A stretch of 63,481 nucleotides of DNA, the filler included, from Octopus bimaculoides (taxonomy: Eukaryota), in assembly GCF_001194135.2 (NCBI RefSeq). It is 5 parts of 5 records of this genome, joined end to end, with 100 filler letters (N's around TTAATTAATTAA, not from the genome) between each part and the next. Parts side by side here need not be neighbours in the genome. Positions count along the whole stretch, not along the records: positions 1 to 20,240 come from NC_068998.1; positions 20,341 to 39,788 come from NC_068983.1; 3 more parts are not named here. One strand, 5' to 3'. The stretch's first letter is position 1; each line of letters opens with the position of its first letter. The notes below the pieces were generated by a model, which saw only the letters and a program-made list of their open reading frames with translations, searched no databases and had not been told where the DNA came from. Shown here piece after piece: positions 13,522 through 27,564 of the stretch. The position numbers and the translations under genes were made by a program.

Positions 13522-13932
13522 AACGAGAGAGAGAAGGAACGAGAGAGAGTCTATGCACAAGATTAACAAAAAGGACAGAGTGTACTTGGAAAAAGTAATG
13601 TGTAAATAAGATAGAAATAGTGAAAGAGAAGGAGAGAGAGGGAAAGAAAAAAGAAAGAAAGAGAGAGAGGGAGAAGGAAAGAAAGAAACACAGAAAGAGA
13701 GAGAGAGAGAAAGAAAGAAAGGAAGAGAGAGTGAAAGGGAGCCGAGAGAGCGAAAAAGAAAGAAAAGAAAGAAAAACTTATAATAGGAAAGAGTAATCAG
13801 ATAAAAGCGGAGAGCTTTTGAACATAAAATGGCAGAAAAACTCGCTGGATTCTCATAATATATTTAACATACGGCTTTGGTAATCTTAATTTGTGACCAA
13901 TAAATGGTTGGTCGCCATTTTGCCAACTGCAG

Positions 13933-13967
13933 ACATATTGAAACGGCTGCATCAAAATTTTGTGTAA
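13933..13967 (+). CDS. Weak candidate terminal exon, phase 1: DILKRLHQNFV*
   Basis: ccattttgccaactgcag acceptor at 13932; short open frame to TAA. Confidence 0.2.
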
Positions 13968-14018
13968 CGAGAACTATGTAGATCCATATTCCAACACACA
14001 CACACACACTCACACACA

Positions 14019-14054
<36 letters not shown>

Positions 14055-14543
14055 AACGCACGCACAAACGCACAAACGCACGCACAAACGCACACATGTA
14101 TATATATGTGTACAGACATTATATATACATAGATGCACACATTTGCACATGTAGCCATCATATATAAGTATATATGCATAGATGATTACGCATGTGCATG
14201 CATGAACGTGTATGTGTGCACGTATGCATGCATGCATGCCTGTTGGAATGTATGTAAGTTTGTATGAAGGCAGATATACGTATGTATGTATGTATATATG
14301 TATGTATGCATATGTTTATTTAAATACTTGTATAATGTGTGCATCTATGTGTGAGCATATCTATGAATGGCGCCAATTGCATAGGTATTTGTATGTATAT
14401 ATCTCTCCCTCTCACTGTCTTTCTCCCTCTCACTGTCTTTCTCCCTCTCACTGTCTCTCTCCCTCTCTCTCTCTCTCTATATATATATAATCACATGTGT
14501 GTGTGTTTGTATGTATGTTTGTATGTATGCATATGCATGTATG

Positions 14544-14599
<56 letters not shown>

Positions 14600-14700
14600 A
14601 ATATAAATGCATATATACATATATATATATATTTATATGTATATACTTATCAACATGTACATACATGCACACACTAACTCTTCCATGAATACTGCCACAG

Positions 14701-14723
14701 ACTCCATCATAAAACCGTGGTAA
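14701..14723 (+). CDS. Weak candidate exon, phase 1: DSIIKPW*, or 19-nt exon to the gtaaga donor at 14720
   Basis: ctaac branch-like motif, tcttccatgaatactgccacag acceptor at 14700, adjacent gtaaga. Confidence 0.22.
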
Positions 14724-15241
14724 AGAATCGAAGATTCCAGAGTGTGAATGAAGAATTTCGTGTTGTTTTTACGCACACACTGGAATATTTATTCTTCGAT
14801 TAGTTTCTTCAGCAATGCTGTCAAATGTTATAATTTTTTATAGTTGGTTAACAAAAAGAAAAAGAAAGTAAAAAGAAAAAAATGAGAGTCAAACTGAAGA
14901 CGAGAGAGAAAAATAAAGAGACAGTTATTTATGTATTTATTTTTTTTCGGAATCTATATTCTTATGTGATTCTATTCCCCCTGTGTATTGTTTCCTATAT
15001 TCTGTTTCTCATAATCCCAGCTACCGCACACTTCTATAACACGGTTAAGTGAATTGTAGATATGTTAAAGTGAACCATGATTGAATAAAGCAGACGATGA
15101 AAGATTTATATGGCGGCAGATAGCGGTGAAGGTCACGTGTTTAATGTAAAGTTGCGAAGCCAGTCTACATTGTGTTGTGTTCACTATTAACGTGTTGAAG
15201 AAATGCTTTCCACAAAAACATTTATATTTATAATTCTATCG

Positions 15242-15298
<57 letters not shown>

Positions 15299-15584
15299 CA
15301 CACACAACTGTGTGTGTATATAAGTATGCAAACATTGTTATGCATTATAGATATTATGTATTTTTGTGTGCGTAAATNNNNNNNNNNNNNNNNNNNNNNN
15401 NNNNNNNNNATATATATATATATATATATACACACATGTATATATATGTGATATATGTGTGTTTACATAAAGTAATTCATAATATGTACACATACATTCA
15501 TAATATAATATATATACATGCACATAAGCACACTCACAAGCATACACATACACGTACACACACACACACACATTGCTATTATTT

Positions 15585-15990
15585 CGTTTTATTACAGATT
15601 GTGTTGGAACTCCTGGAGCCTTGCATGCGTAGCGGGCTTGCTACCTGCAGCCTACGGTACCATGCCATCCCGTTCTTTCCAGCTTTCCTGATTAATCGTT
15701 TCATGCCAAGGAGGCAAATCTCTTATAACAGTTCCATTTTCCAATTTCCTTTATATTCCCCTTGATGCCTTCTGATACTGTCCCCAAGGACCCAACAATA
15801 ATTGGCACTCTCTTCACCTTCTTCATTTTCCATTGCCGGGCTATTTCGTACTTAAGAGGGTTCTTTCTTGACTATTCGTGAATCAAAGAGACCTGCAACA
15901 TCATCTATATAGCACATGTGGTGCATCCTGTCCACCACTACTAGGTCCGGTTTGTTATGCTCTAGCGCCTGTTCTGGAACTGTTTCTTTT
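15585..15990 (-). mobile_element. R4/Dong-type (restriction-like endonuclease) non-LTR retrotransposon 3' fragment
   Basis: Minus strand reads ALEHNKPDLVVVDRMHHMCYIDDVA...ICLLGMKRLIRK, matching the RPD-x-D REL endonuclease C-terminus; stops and frameshifts present. Confidence 0.75.
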
Positions 15991-16196
15991 TCTATATTGC
16001 TGGCTACCTCTAGCGGTCGAGCATCCATCATTGACCAGACTAACGAAGGTCGACATTACGTGATCTGGTAGATTGGTGCCGGAGATGGCGAGCATTTATC
16101 TCCCCGCTAACGATGTAAACAAGAGTGCATTTGCACCAGAAGCCAATACGAGAGCTTCTCTCGTGGCATCTACTGCAGTATAGATTGTTCTTACAG

Positions 16197-16234
16197 AACA
16201 TTCACGTTCAAGGAGGGATAAACACGTGATGTGA
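16197..16234 (+). CDS. Weak candidate terminal exon, phase 1: EHSRSRRDKHVM*
   Basis: attgttcttacag acceptor at 16196; TGA at 16232-16234; AATAAA at 16291-16296. Confidence 0.25.
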
Positions 16235-16388
16235 TGTGTGTGTGTGTGTATGAATTAATTTTTGCAAGGAAACAATTGACTGTAAAAGCTAATAAACAAA
16301 AGTGTGTCGAGGATTCAACTTAACGTCACATTGCTTTTATGCATATCTTATATACGCGCGCGCGCGTGCATGTGTGTCTGTGTGTGTG

Positions 16389-16450
<62 letters not shown>

Positions 16451-16644
16451 TTAGAGATTGTGTAAATTTCAGAGTGTATGCATTTACTTGTGTGTATGTG
16501 TGTGCTTAATATTTTTATATATACACAATATTATACGATATATATGCATATGCATGTGTGTGGTGGGGGTAAATGAACTCATGTAAGAAATAAGAGTACA
16601 TTTCTATGTCTAAAAATGTGTTAGAATGTATAATTGGTATATAT

Positions 16645-16679
<35 letters not shown>

Positions 16680-16744
16680 CGCACACGCATATATATTTAA
16701 CATATATAACATATATACATATATACATGTATATATACATATAC

Positions 16745-16775
<31 letters not shown>

Positions 16776-17419
16776 NNNNNNNNNNNNNNNNNNNNNNNNN
16801 NNNNNNNNNNNNNNNNNNNNNNNNNNNNNNNNNNNNNNNNNNNNNNNNNNNNNNNNNNNNNNNNNNNNNNNNNNNNNNNNNNNNNNNNNNNNNNNNNNNN
16901 NNNNNNNNNNNNNNNNNNNNNNNNNNNNNNNNNNNNNNNNNNNNNNNNNNNNNNNNNNNNNNNNNNNNNNNNNNNNNNNNNNNNNNNNNNNNNNNNNNNN
17001 NNNNNNNNNNNNNNNNNNNNNNNNNNNNNNNNNNNNNNNNNNNNNNNNNNNNNNNNNNNNNNNNNNNNNNNNNNNNNNNNNNNNNNNNNNNNNNNNNNNN
17101 NNNNNNNNNNNNNNNNNNNNNNNNNNNNNNNNNNNNNNNNNNNNNNNNNNNNNNNNNNNNNNNNNNNNNNNNNNNNNNNNNNNNNNNNNNNNNNNNNNNN
17201 NNNNNNNNNNNNNNNNNNNNNNNNNNNNNNNNNNNNNNNNNNNGTATGTATGTGAGTGTATGTGTGTGTGTATGTGTGTGTATGGTGTATGTGTGTATGT
17301 GTGTATAAATGTGTGTGTATGGGTGTGTGCTTGTATATATGTGTGTGTATATGTGTGTGTCTATGCGTGTATGTGTGGCGTTGTGTACTTGTATGTGTAT
17401 GTATGTGGATACACTTGTA

Positions 17420-17847
17420 CACGGCATAAATGTATCTGTCAAGACCTACCAAAAACTGAGCAAACATAACGATCTTGAAATAGAAATTGACAAAATGTGG
17501 AACCTCAAGACTAAAACAATATCTGTCTTCATAGGTGTTCTGGAAATGATAGCAAAAGGGGCTGATTGCTACCTAGCTCAGATACCAGGAAACCCCCAAA
17601 CGATAGTGCTCATGGAAACTGCCCATATCGTACGTAAAATAACGTCTGTGTAATCTTAAATTTTAAAACACACACACAATTTTCTTATGTTTTCTTAAAC
17701 ATTCTCTAGAACAACACTATGTGTAAAACCAAATATATGACACCCTAGGCATAACACCAACATAAACTTCTAACTTGTTGTCTCTTTAAGTCTCTGGGTG
17801 AGACTTGGAGTCAACTTGTGCAAATGTAAAGCAAAAGTCAAACGTAA

Positions 17848-17921
<74 letters not shown>
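17420..17921 (+). mobile_element. 5'-truncated R4/Dong-type LINE with 3' UTR and (AAT)n tail
   Basis: QKLSKHNDLEIEIDKMWNLKTKTISVFIGVLEMIAKG...IVLMETAHIVRK* is the typical REL C-terminus (KYxDLxxEIxxMW...IGALG), followed by a UTR and (taa)n at about 17850-17921. Confidence 0.8.
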
Positions 17922-17922
<1 letters not shown>

Positions 17923-18070
17923 CCTTTCTACTAAAGGCACTAGTCGTTTACATCGACACCAGTGTATCACTGGTACTTAATTTATCGACTCCGAAAGGGT
18001 GAAAGGCAAAGTCGACCTCGGCGGGATTTGCAATCCGAATGTAAAAATGGACGAAATGCTACCAAAGGAA
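17922..18070 (-). mobile_element. SINE family C partial copy
   Basis: Reverse complement of the ttcaaattccgccgaggtcgactttgcctttcatcctttcggggtcgataaattaagtacc segment seen at 41533-41781 and 47031-47262. Confidence 0.75.
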
Positions 18071-18224
18071 ATATTTCAAGACATTTGATTCCTCACAGAG
18101 AATCCCAGGTAATTATTTTCCAAGGACTTCCCAATTATTTTGAAAAGTTCGCTTAATACCCGGTTATACACACACATATGTATATATGTAAATATATATA
18201 CATGTATATATGCATAAGGGGTTA

Positions 18225-18256
<32 letters not shown>

Positions 18257-20240
18257 NNNNNNNNNNNNNNNNNNNNNNNNNNNNNNNNNNNNNNNNNNNN
18301 NNNNNNNNNNNNNNNNNNNNNNNNNNNNNNNNNNNNNNNNNNNNNNNNNNNNNNNNNNNNNNNNNNNNNNNNNNNNNNNNNNNNNNNNNNNNNNNNNNNN
18401 NNNNNNNNNNNNNNNNNNNNNNNNNNNNNNNNNNNNNNNNNNNNNNNNNNNNNNNNNNNNNNNNNNNNNNNNNNNNNNNNNNNNNNNNNNNNNNNNNNNN
18501 NNNNNNNNNNNNNNNNNNNNNNNNNNNNNNNNNNNNNNNNNNNNNNNNNNNNNNNNNNNNNNNNNNNNNNNNNNNNNNNNNNNNNNNNNNNNNNNNNNNN
18601 NNNNNNNNNNNNNNNNNNNNNNNNNNNNNNNNNNNNNNNNNNNNNNNNNNNNNNNNNNNNNNNNNNNNNNNNNNNNNNNNNNNNNNNNNNNNNNNNNNNN
18701 NNNNNNNNNNNNNNNNNNNNNNNNNNNNNNNNNNNNNNNNNNNNNNNNNNNNNNNNNNNNNNNNNNNNNNNNNNNNNNNNNNNNNNNNNNNNNNNNNNNN
18801 NNNNNNNNNNNNNNNNNNNNNNNNNNNNNNNNNNNNNNNNNNNNNNNNNNNNNNNNNNNNNNNNNNNNNNNNNNNNNNNNNNNNNNNNNNNNNNNNNNNN
18901 NNNNNNNNNNNNNNNNNNNNNNNNNNNNNNNNNNNNNNNNNNNNNNNNNNNNNNNNNNNNNNNNNNNNNNNNNNNNNNNNNNNNNNNNNNNNNNNNNNNN
19001 NNNNNNNNNNNNNNNNNNNNNNNNNNNNNNNNNNNNNNNNNNNNNNNNNNNNNNNNNNNNNNNNNNNNNNNNNNNNNNNTATATATATATATATATGTAT
19101 ATATATATAAAATACATATGTATGTATGTACGTATGTATGTATATATGCGTGTGTATGTATAGAAGGTGTGAGACTGTCTGATATTCCGAAGAAAAAAGC
19201 CACCAAGCAGGAAGTGTTACATTTTAATTAGTTTGTGTTGGGGCTTTTAAAGTATTAAAGGTTTTCATTTTTCAGGAGTTTTTGATTAGTTCTCCAGCTT
19301 TTGCCAATTTTTTGGGAAATTTCCAGGCATCAAAACTTTGGATTCTAATAATTATTGCCTGTCTGATTGTCTTTGAGTCAGTCTGTCTGTTTGTCCGCTT
19401 ATTATCAATACGTATGTAACTGCCTGCCTGTATGTATGCATGTATGTACATATATATATAGATAAACATATATATGCAAACACACACACACACACACACA
19501 CACACNNNNNNNNNNNNNNNNNNNNNNNNNNNNNNNNNNNNNNNNNNNNNNNNNNNNNNNNNNNNNNNNNNNNNNNNNNNNNNNNNNNNNNNNNNNNNNN
19601 NNNNNTATATATAAATAGATATAGATATATTGAGAGATGGACAGAAAGATATTGATACATAATTATACATGTAATATCTATTTGGTAAATACGTGTGTGT
19701 GTGCAGGTGTGGGGGTTGGTGTGATACGACGGAACATAAGGTGCAGTGAAGAAGGCGGAGGCGGCAGAAGGAGAGGAAACGGATGATGCGTGTGGGAGTA
19801 GAGGATTAGAGAGGGAGGTGGAATAAGGAGAATGGGGGAAGAGGGTGGTAATGGTTTATGTGGTTTGTGTTGGTGTTGATGGCGGTGGCAGCGGGGATGG
19901 TGGTGGACAGAAGAGTGGTGTGAGTGGAGTACTGATTATGGGAGTAGCGAAAGGGGAAGGCGTAGGAGATAGCAGCGTGTACGAGGTCCTGCACCGCAGC
20001 TCAGCTTACCTAGTTTGGAATTATTTAGATAGACAGATAGATCGATCGATCGATCGATCGATCGATAGATAGATAGATAGATAGATAGATGGACAGAAGG
20101 ATAGATAGATGGATAGATGGATTGATGGACGGAGAGATAGATTGATGAATAGATGGATACATTTCTTTTATTAGCCACACAGGGCTCAACGAAGATGGGA
20201 CAAATACAATGTAGAGCTTTTCTTTTTGGGAGGGGGAAGG

Positions 20241-20340
20241 NNNNNNNNNNNNNNNNNNNNNNNNNNNNNNNNNNNNNNNNNNNNTTAATTAATTAANNNN
20301 NNNNNNNNNNNNNNNNNNNNNNNNNNNNNNNNNNNNNNNN
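20241..20340. other. Artificial 100-nt scaffold linker (44 N + TTAATTAATTAA + 44 N); also near 39789, 57910 and 60499
   Basis: The identical motif, which has stops in all six frames, sits centred in four N runs. Confidence 0.9.
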
Positions 20341-20505
20341 AACAGTGCCTTTGGTGAGCAATTCGGAAAAGAAAGCGAGATTAGCAATTTTGTCACGCAA
20401 AACCTGGGCGGTTACCTTTTCATTTTACATTTATATTTTTCTATATATACATTACAGCACAGATATGTTTCATTTTTGTAACAATCCTTTTCCATCATAT
20501 CAACA

Positions 20506-20565
<60 letters not shown>

Positions 20566-21620
20566 AAGTGTGTGGCTGTATGTATGTGTCTGTGTGTGTT
20601 GAAAAACGAATACATGTACATTGTCTTAATCTCATTTAATTCCTTAATTCTTTCTAAAACTTCTGATACTCCACACCAATTTAATTAGCGGGATTCCGGC
20701 AAATGGCAGCATGGAACTACTACTGTGGTGGGCTACTTATTATTAGTAACATTAGCCACATAAAATAAGAGTGTTTTCAGGCAAGTCATGGTTAATTGAA
20801 TGCTTACTTTGGCCTTCCAGATAAGTTATTAGTAAAAATTAAATTATCTTTCTCAAATATCCAAAGATACACACTTACACACATATGCGTAAATATGTAT
20901 TAGCTAATATTAATTCCATATATAGACAATCATGATAATAATTCTCACTTGATTTTAGTTTTAGCATGATGATATTTCTAACCTATGGAGAATCGTTCTA
21001 TAGAAGATTTTATATTCTCTTTGAAAATATTATATTCCTTATTCAATATGGTGCATACTCAGTAGACTAATACTATCTGCAAGCATATTGCTTGGCGAAA
21101 TTAAAAGTTCGACTATATTTACAAACTATGCGTAAGTAAATTGTACATGCGCTATTACAAGATTGTTAGGGATCAATATCTTCGAAATAAAGAATGTAGA
21201 AATTGTTGTTGAACATAAGTTTGAGGAAAAGAGAAATTTACTCTGAACTAAATGCTACATAGTTACATTAATGACTTTTCACTTGATTGATTAAATATCT
21301 GCTTCACTATTCTTTGACTGAGAGCAATTACATCACTTTTAACTGGTAGCTTTGGACAATATTTTCCTATTGGCGGTATACTTCAAAGGAAGCTGAACAC
21401 TTTGTTGCAGTCATCTTTATGAAGTCCAACAGATCACAGATTTACTTCAAACGAATGACAACTAGTGTTAATAAACGAATGTTATCGATAAAGAAAAATG
21501 TAGGAAAATATGTGGAATCGCGGTACATAACTGAAATGCAGAGCTGCAGGGTTCCTGGTTTTGCAAATCAACTACGTTTAGCATACATTGAGAGCCGGCG
21601 AAAAGGTGATTCAAAGAAAA

Positions 21621-21674
<54 letters not shown>

Positions 21675-21693
21675 NNNNNNNNNNATATATATT

Positions 21694-21754
<61 letters not shown>

Positions 21755-21756
21755 GT

Positions 21757-21787
<31 letters not shown>

Positions 21788-23916
21788 CAACCAAATGAAT
21801 TGAAATAAAATATTGTGCATAAAATATGTGGCTCATCAAGAAAATTATTATTTTCTCGCTTAGTGACAATGATCAAACAAGGGTAATTAGTTGGGAATAA
21901 GTCCCACTTTTTAATCCTGCAACGAAGTACATTTATATTCCTTTATGTTACTCATATCCTAGAGAAATAACCTAACTGTCATTATTCTAATTACAGAAAA
22001 CTACACTCGCCTAGTTAAACAGAATCGATATATGAAATAGGCAATTCCTGGATGTTGTAACTGATCAACATTTCGAGATGAACTTATATTATATAGCTAG
22101 ATGGCACATGCAGAATTCATACACACACACACAGTGTAACGTTCGGTGCCCCAGCATATCCATAGTCCAATGACTGAAACAAGTAAAAAATAAAAGATTC
22201 CATAGCTAGGTAATTAATTTTGAGGTGTTCGGACCATGCTCCACTCCACCACAAAAGTTGTGGGATTTGTACATTTTCGTCATGAAGTGAAAAAACATTT
22301 TTTTTTCTTAAAAGCATGTAATTCACAATTTACAAATGTATGCTCACAATTGATATTACAAACTTGTTACCAGTTCAAAACATACGTGAGGCACCTTCGC
22401 ACCCGTAAGAAAGCCGTTAACTTTATTTTGTTATGGAGAATATTTCACGCTGTAGAAAAATAAATGTCAAAGCAACTATTTTCCTACAGCGTGAAATAGA
22501 TACACTAAATCAGTCTAAAGCAGCCCCTAACCAGAATGTTGCATTCATGCAATTTTGAGTGGTTATCTCCTCCTTAGCCACAGAGACCGGGAAGTCAGAC
22601 CACGCTATATGACACGAGAAGCAGATCGCTCTTATGATATTACCGTTATCACTCAATGACTAGTTGCACTATTCAGCTACTTTCCGTATATTACAAACAC
22701 ACATCTTTTCATATGAACCATGTATCTCTACTGCCAGTTATAGTTTTATTTTCACCAACGTTGCGAATGAGAGTAGCTTCCCGTATAACTCACAGTATGT
22801 CTGAGCGAGTCTCTATAAAGAGCAACAAACCTCATAACAATTTTTGGGAAACTTTTCACTTCAAATCAGACGTTTTCTTTGAGATGTCATTGCCTGACTT
22901 CGGTCAGTTAAAACATTAACGCATCTAAAGTGTGTTGCTTCCCAACTATGAAAACTGGTTGCATTTGAAAGTATTAGGGTTTTACTACCGATAGAGATGT
23001 CGAGATAATGTGCAAGGAACTTTTGATGAAAGATCCATGACATGCAATCACCGGTCTAAGGCCTTGTGAGCTACACTGGTCACCAGACTGTCATTGCACA
23101 TTCTCGAATATTTTACCGTTCCCAACAAAATAAAACCAGTTACTGCAACAGCTTATCTTCAAAGGGCCTCGGCTTTTTACTATCTGACGTCCAAAGAAGC
23201 GATGTCGTTTTTCGAAATGTTTTGTTACAAACATCTGTGAGTTTATGATATAAACCTGTGATATTCTCATACCATCAGACTTACTCTTTCGTGCTCCCGT
23301 CATAGTTAAAATTGCTTACTAATTTATCTCAAACGCTTCCCAGTATACTTGCTCCATATTCTTATTGTTCGGACTGCTCTTTTGCTTGCATATATGTTAT
23401 TCCATATTCGTGTTTTTCGGACAGCTCTTCTACCTTTTCGCTGCATGAGTACGACTTTTACTTCTCCCTATGTATCGTCATTTACAACCACTGAACCACT
23501 TTACTTTCTGTTTGCATATCTCCTCTCTCCTATCCATTTTACCCCGTCAAAAGTATCATCATTACACCCTCTTCTAAATCTTGTTGGTTCTTTCACAAGA
23601 TAAATTACTGACATGAGACCGATACAGTGACTATTCTTATATCATTGCTACAATTCATATCGGTGAATGTCTTCTCCATTTCTACCGTCTTCGATACGGC
23701 GTACACCCACTATTCTTCACCAAAATACTGTGGCCAATTGTGTATCTAACCACATTTTACTTATCCTTTTAATATTTGCCTTCTTCTCTATATAACTACC
23801 TGAATATTTCGTTTATCTTCACTCTAGTCCGTACATACATACATACATGCAAACATACATACATATATACATACATGCATGCATACATATATACTTATAC
23901 ACACACACACACACAC

Positions 23917-23957
<41 letters not shown>

Positions 23958-24004
23958 TGTGTGCGTGTGTGTGTTTGTGTATGTTGTGTGTGTGTTGTAT
24001 GTGT

Positions 24005-24882
24005 GACAGACTATTAGCAACACAGGGTTGAGTGCGCAATGAGAGCTAGCATTGATCTCCATGGAGTAGTGTGTCGAGTGACATCGCTGTGCTAACTTTG
24101 TAAGTTTTGGAATTTGTGTTATTTACGATCACGTATATACAGTAGTCTCCGATTTTGTAATCGACAAATGGAAAGGGACAACGTGAAATTTTCCATTAAA
24201 CTAGGGAAATCTTCTACAAATACATTGAGGTTGCTTCGGTAAGCTTACAGCGGAGACGAGGCAAGGTGTCTTATTAAAAGTTTCAAGCGGCACGGTCGCT
24301 TCAAAATTAGAAGAACGTCCCTGGAAGATGATGATCAATCTGAAAGATCTGCGACGAACGCTACGCCCTGGGATATGGTATTGTGCGTCCAGAATAGGTC
24401 CCCTAGAGCCATACTGTCAATCGAGTGTTCTACAACGACGTTTTGAAGCATCTGAAGGAGGACATTCGGTGAAAGTAACCCGGTGCCTGGAGTGCGAAGA
24501 ATTAGATTCTTCACGACGAAAATTCCCCGAGTGTTTCTTACTCATGAGTTTCTCACCAAAAAGCGACATGGTATCGGCTCCACACACGCCCTTTTCCCCA
24601 CTTTAGCGCCTGCGGACTTCCGTCTATTCTTGAGAGTAAAAATGCAGCTCAAATGTTACCATTTTAACACCGCTGTCGAGATACGGAACAAATTGCCCAA
24701 CGTACTTGACTCGCTTAGGAAAACAAATTCTAGACTGGATTTCAAAAGTAGTAGGAACGCTTGGACCAGTGTATTGTTGCTGAAGGTGACCATTTCGAAG
24801 GCGATTAGTTAAAACTTTGGTAAATAAATTATTTATTTTAATAAACATAACTAGACCGGGAACCTTTTGATACCACCTAGTA
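24005..24882 (+). mobile_element. Degenerate, internally deleted Tc1/mariner DNA transposon
   Basis: NVKFSIKLGKSSTNTLRLLR (HTH) then LAPADFRLFLRVKMQLK (YSPDLAPxDF motif); terminal gggaaccttttgataccacctagta resembles a mariner TIR ending in TA. Confidence 0.8.
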
Positions 24883-25451
24883 TACGCACAAACCAAAACA
24901 AGAAATTGGAAATTAATGGCATTATTTATTCACGATTACACGTGTTTCATTTGCTAATAGACATTACAAAGTTTCACATTGATACACATGTAAGGAATTT
25001 TGAGTGGAAATCCATCCGACAAAAACTGATTGGATTATGATAATCTACATAGAGTTCTAAACAAAAAACTAGCAATCTTATACCTAGTTGTACACACGTA
25101 TTTCTCTCTCTCTCTCTCTCTCTCTNNNNNNNNNNNNNNNNNNNNNNNNNNNNNNNNNNNNNNNNNNNNNNNNNNNNNNNNNNNNNNNNNNNNNNNNNNN
25201 NNNNNNNNNNNNNNNNNNNNNNNNNNNNNNNNNNNNNNNNNNNNNNNNNNNNNNNNNNNNNNNNNNNNNNNNNNNNNNNNNNNNNNNNNNNNNNNNNNNN
25301 NNNNNNNNNNNNNNNNNNNNNNNNNNNNNNNNNNNNNNNNNNNNNNNNNNNNNNNNNNNNNNNNNNNNNNNNNNNNNNNNNNNNNNNNNNNNNNNNNNNN
25401 NNNNNNNNNNNNNNNNNNNNNNNNNNNNNNNNNNNNNNNNNNNNNNNNNNN

Positions 25452-25495
<44 letters not shown>

Positions 25496-26347
25496 TGCAT
25501 AAAATCCAAGTATATAAACATATGAAAACGATTATACAGGCAGCATACTCAAAAGTGCATAAATGAACATATAGAAGTCACAAATATAATATAACAGTAA
25601 ATAACAGTAAATTTCTCTTTACCCCTCTCCTTAAAAGCAATACGGGTGGTCATTTCTAGAGATTCTTAACCGAAGTATAGTGAGAGAAAAAAAAGATGAT
25701 CTTGAGAGGACAAAGAATCAAGTTCAAAAATGCGTGAAGGCGAGCCATACAATCGTTTATTGGCGTACTTGCCAGCTAACAACATGACCACGTGACTGAC
25801 CAGATAATCGGATATAATCTGTTGCTGGTTACAAGGTGGTTTGCATCATATTAGCTTTTGAAGGATGCCTGCATGCTGACTAGACTCGGACAAGTTCCAG
25901 AGATTGTAATGGTGAATCAGTTTACCATTACAATCTCTCGGATCACTGCTCTTTGTTCTTCTTTGGTGCACATTGTTAGTGAAAAGGCCAGGCTTACACT
26001 ATAAATCCAGAAAGAAAAATGGCACAATCTGGCTCAAACTTCGACCGTGTGACCACAATAGTACCAACTATTAGCACGCTTGCGCAGAAGGCAATGTAAC
26101 GATAATAACGTTATGTTATAGCGAAGGTGGGGATAATTTTGAACTTACCCTCGTATACATGTGTGAGTGTGTGTGTGTGCCTGAATGTGTGTATGTGTGA
26201 GTGTAGATATATGTAGACCTATATGTATACATTTATGTATGCATGTCTGTAGTTACGTATACACGCGCGCGCTCACACATGCACACAAACACACACACAC
26301 ACAAACAGACACTCACACAAGCACATTCTCACACCTGTATAAAATTT

Positions 26348-26408
<61 letters not shown>

Positions 26409-26423
26409 ATCTATATCTATATC

Positions 26424-26478
<55 letters not shown>

Positions 26479-27488
26479 TTGTAAACTTCAGAGGTATTGT
26501 CTCATAACACGTATCGATTTTGTATTTTTTCCACTGCAGTGAAATTTTGCCGGCTGTTAGTCCCTCAGTCTATTCTCACTACGCTTGAGAAATAGAATTT
26601 TGTATTTCTTTCATGATTAAATAAATGACGTTTCATCTCTATTATCAACTGATTCAATTTTTTTTGTGTATGACAATTGCACGACATGTATATGATGCTT
26701 CTTTCAATTTTACCCAGAAGCCAACATATTCAAAAGGTTTTGTAATCTCTTTATTTCGGCTTTCTTTATAACCTCCAAGAAACTACTTGTAATAGTCAAT
26801 AGAGTTTTCTACTTAAGTTGTGATTGATCTTGTTGAAGCTAGTGAATACTTTTTTTTCAATTAAACAGTGTTGAACTTAAAAGCTTATTTCATAGTTACT
26901 GAGTGTCACCAGTGAATCTTTTTTTTTTATGAAATAGAAGACTAAAAAAAATAATAAAAGAAGAATCAGTGAAATATTCAGAATCATTTGATGCATTATG
27001 CGTTACGTTTGAAAAATGTTTCATGTTTCTCAAAGTGGATAGAATCACCCTTGGGTTTCGGTGAAAACATTTATATGGGTACTGGTCACAAACGGGAAGG
27101 TAGGGAGTTCGATAAACGCATCCGTTTCTCACACTAACTTAGATGAGTTCTTTTTTCTATATCGTTATTAAATTTCAAAGCACAGTTAAATATATTAGGA
27201 TAAAGTGCTTGTAAGGTACAGTAAGAAAACCCACAACATTCTCAATGACAATATCATTAATATTAGTAGATTTTGTAATAATAAATAAACAAAACCTGTA
27301 TACTTAAATTATAGAAATGTATTTAAATTATAGGAAAGTAAATCACAATTTAAGATATATTTTCAAAATTCTTAACTATCTATTTACATGAATTAATGCG
27401 GCCACTGCACATGTAGCGCTAAGTTACAGGGACGTAAACACACCAGCATCGGTTGTCAAGCGATGTTGGGGGGACAAACACAGACACA

Positions 27489-27564
<76 letters not shown>

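Noticed and set aside
20285-20296. Recurring TTAATTAATTAA motif (four copies in the window)
   Set aside because: Always centred in N runs as part of a 100-nt block; an assembly linker, not biology.
23090-23260. DVCNKTF on the minus strand, suggesting a C2H2 zinc finger
   Set aside because: The first Cys and both His residues are missing, and there is no tandem finger array.
12482-26600. Other AG-plus-short-frame sites (12482, 15598, 19276, 21411, 26540)
   Set aside because: Not distinguishable from chance; 15598 lies in an antisense LINE tail. They illustrate the null expectation for the exon-cassette hypothesis.
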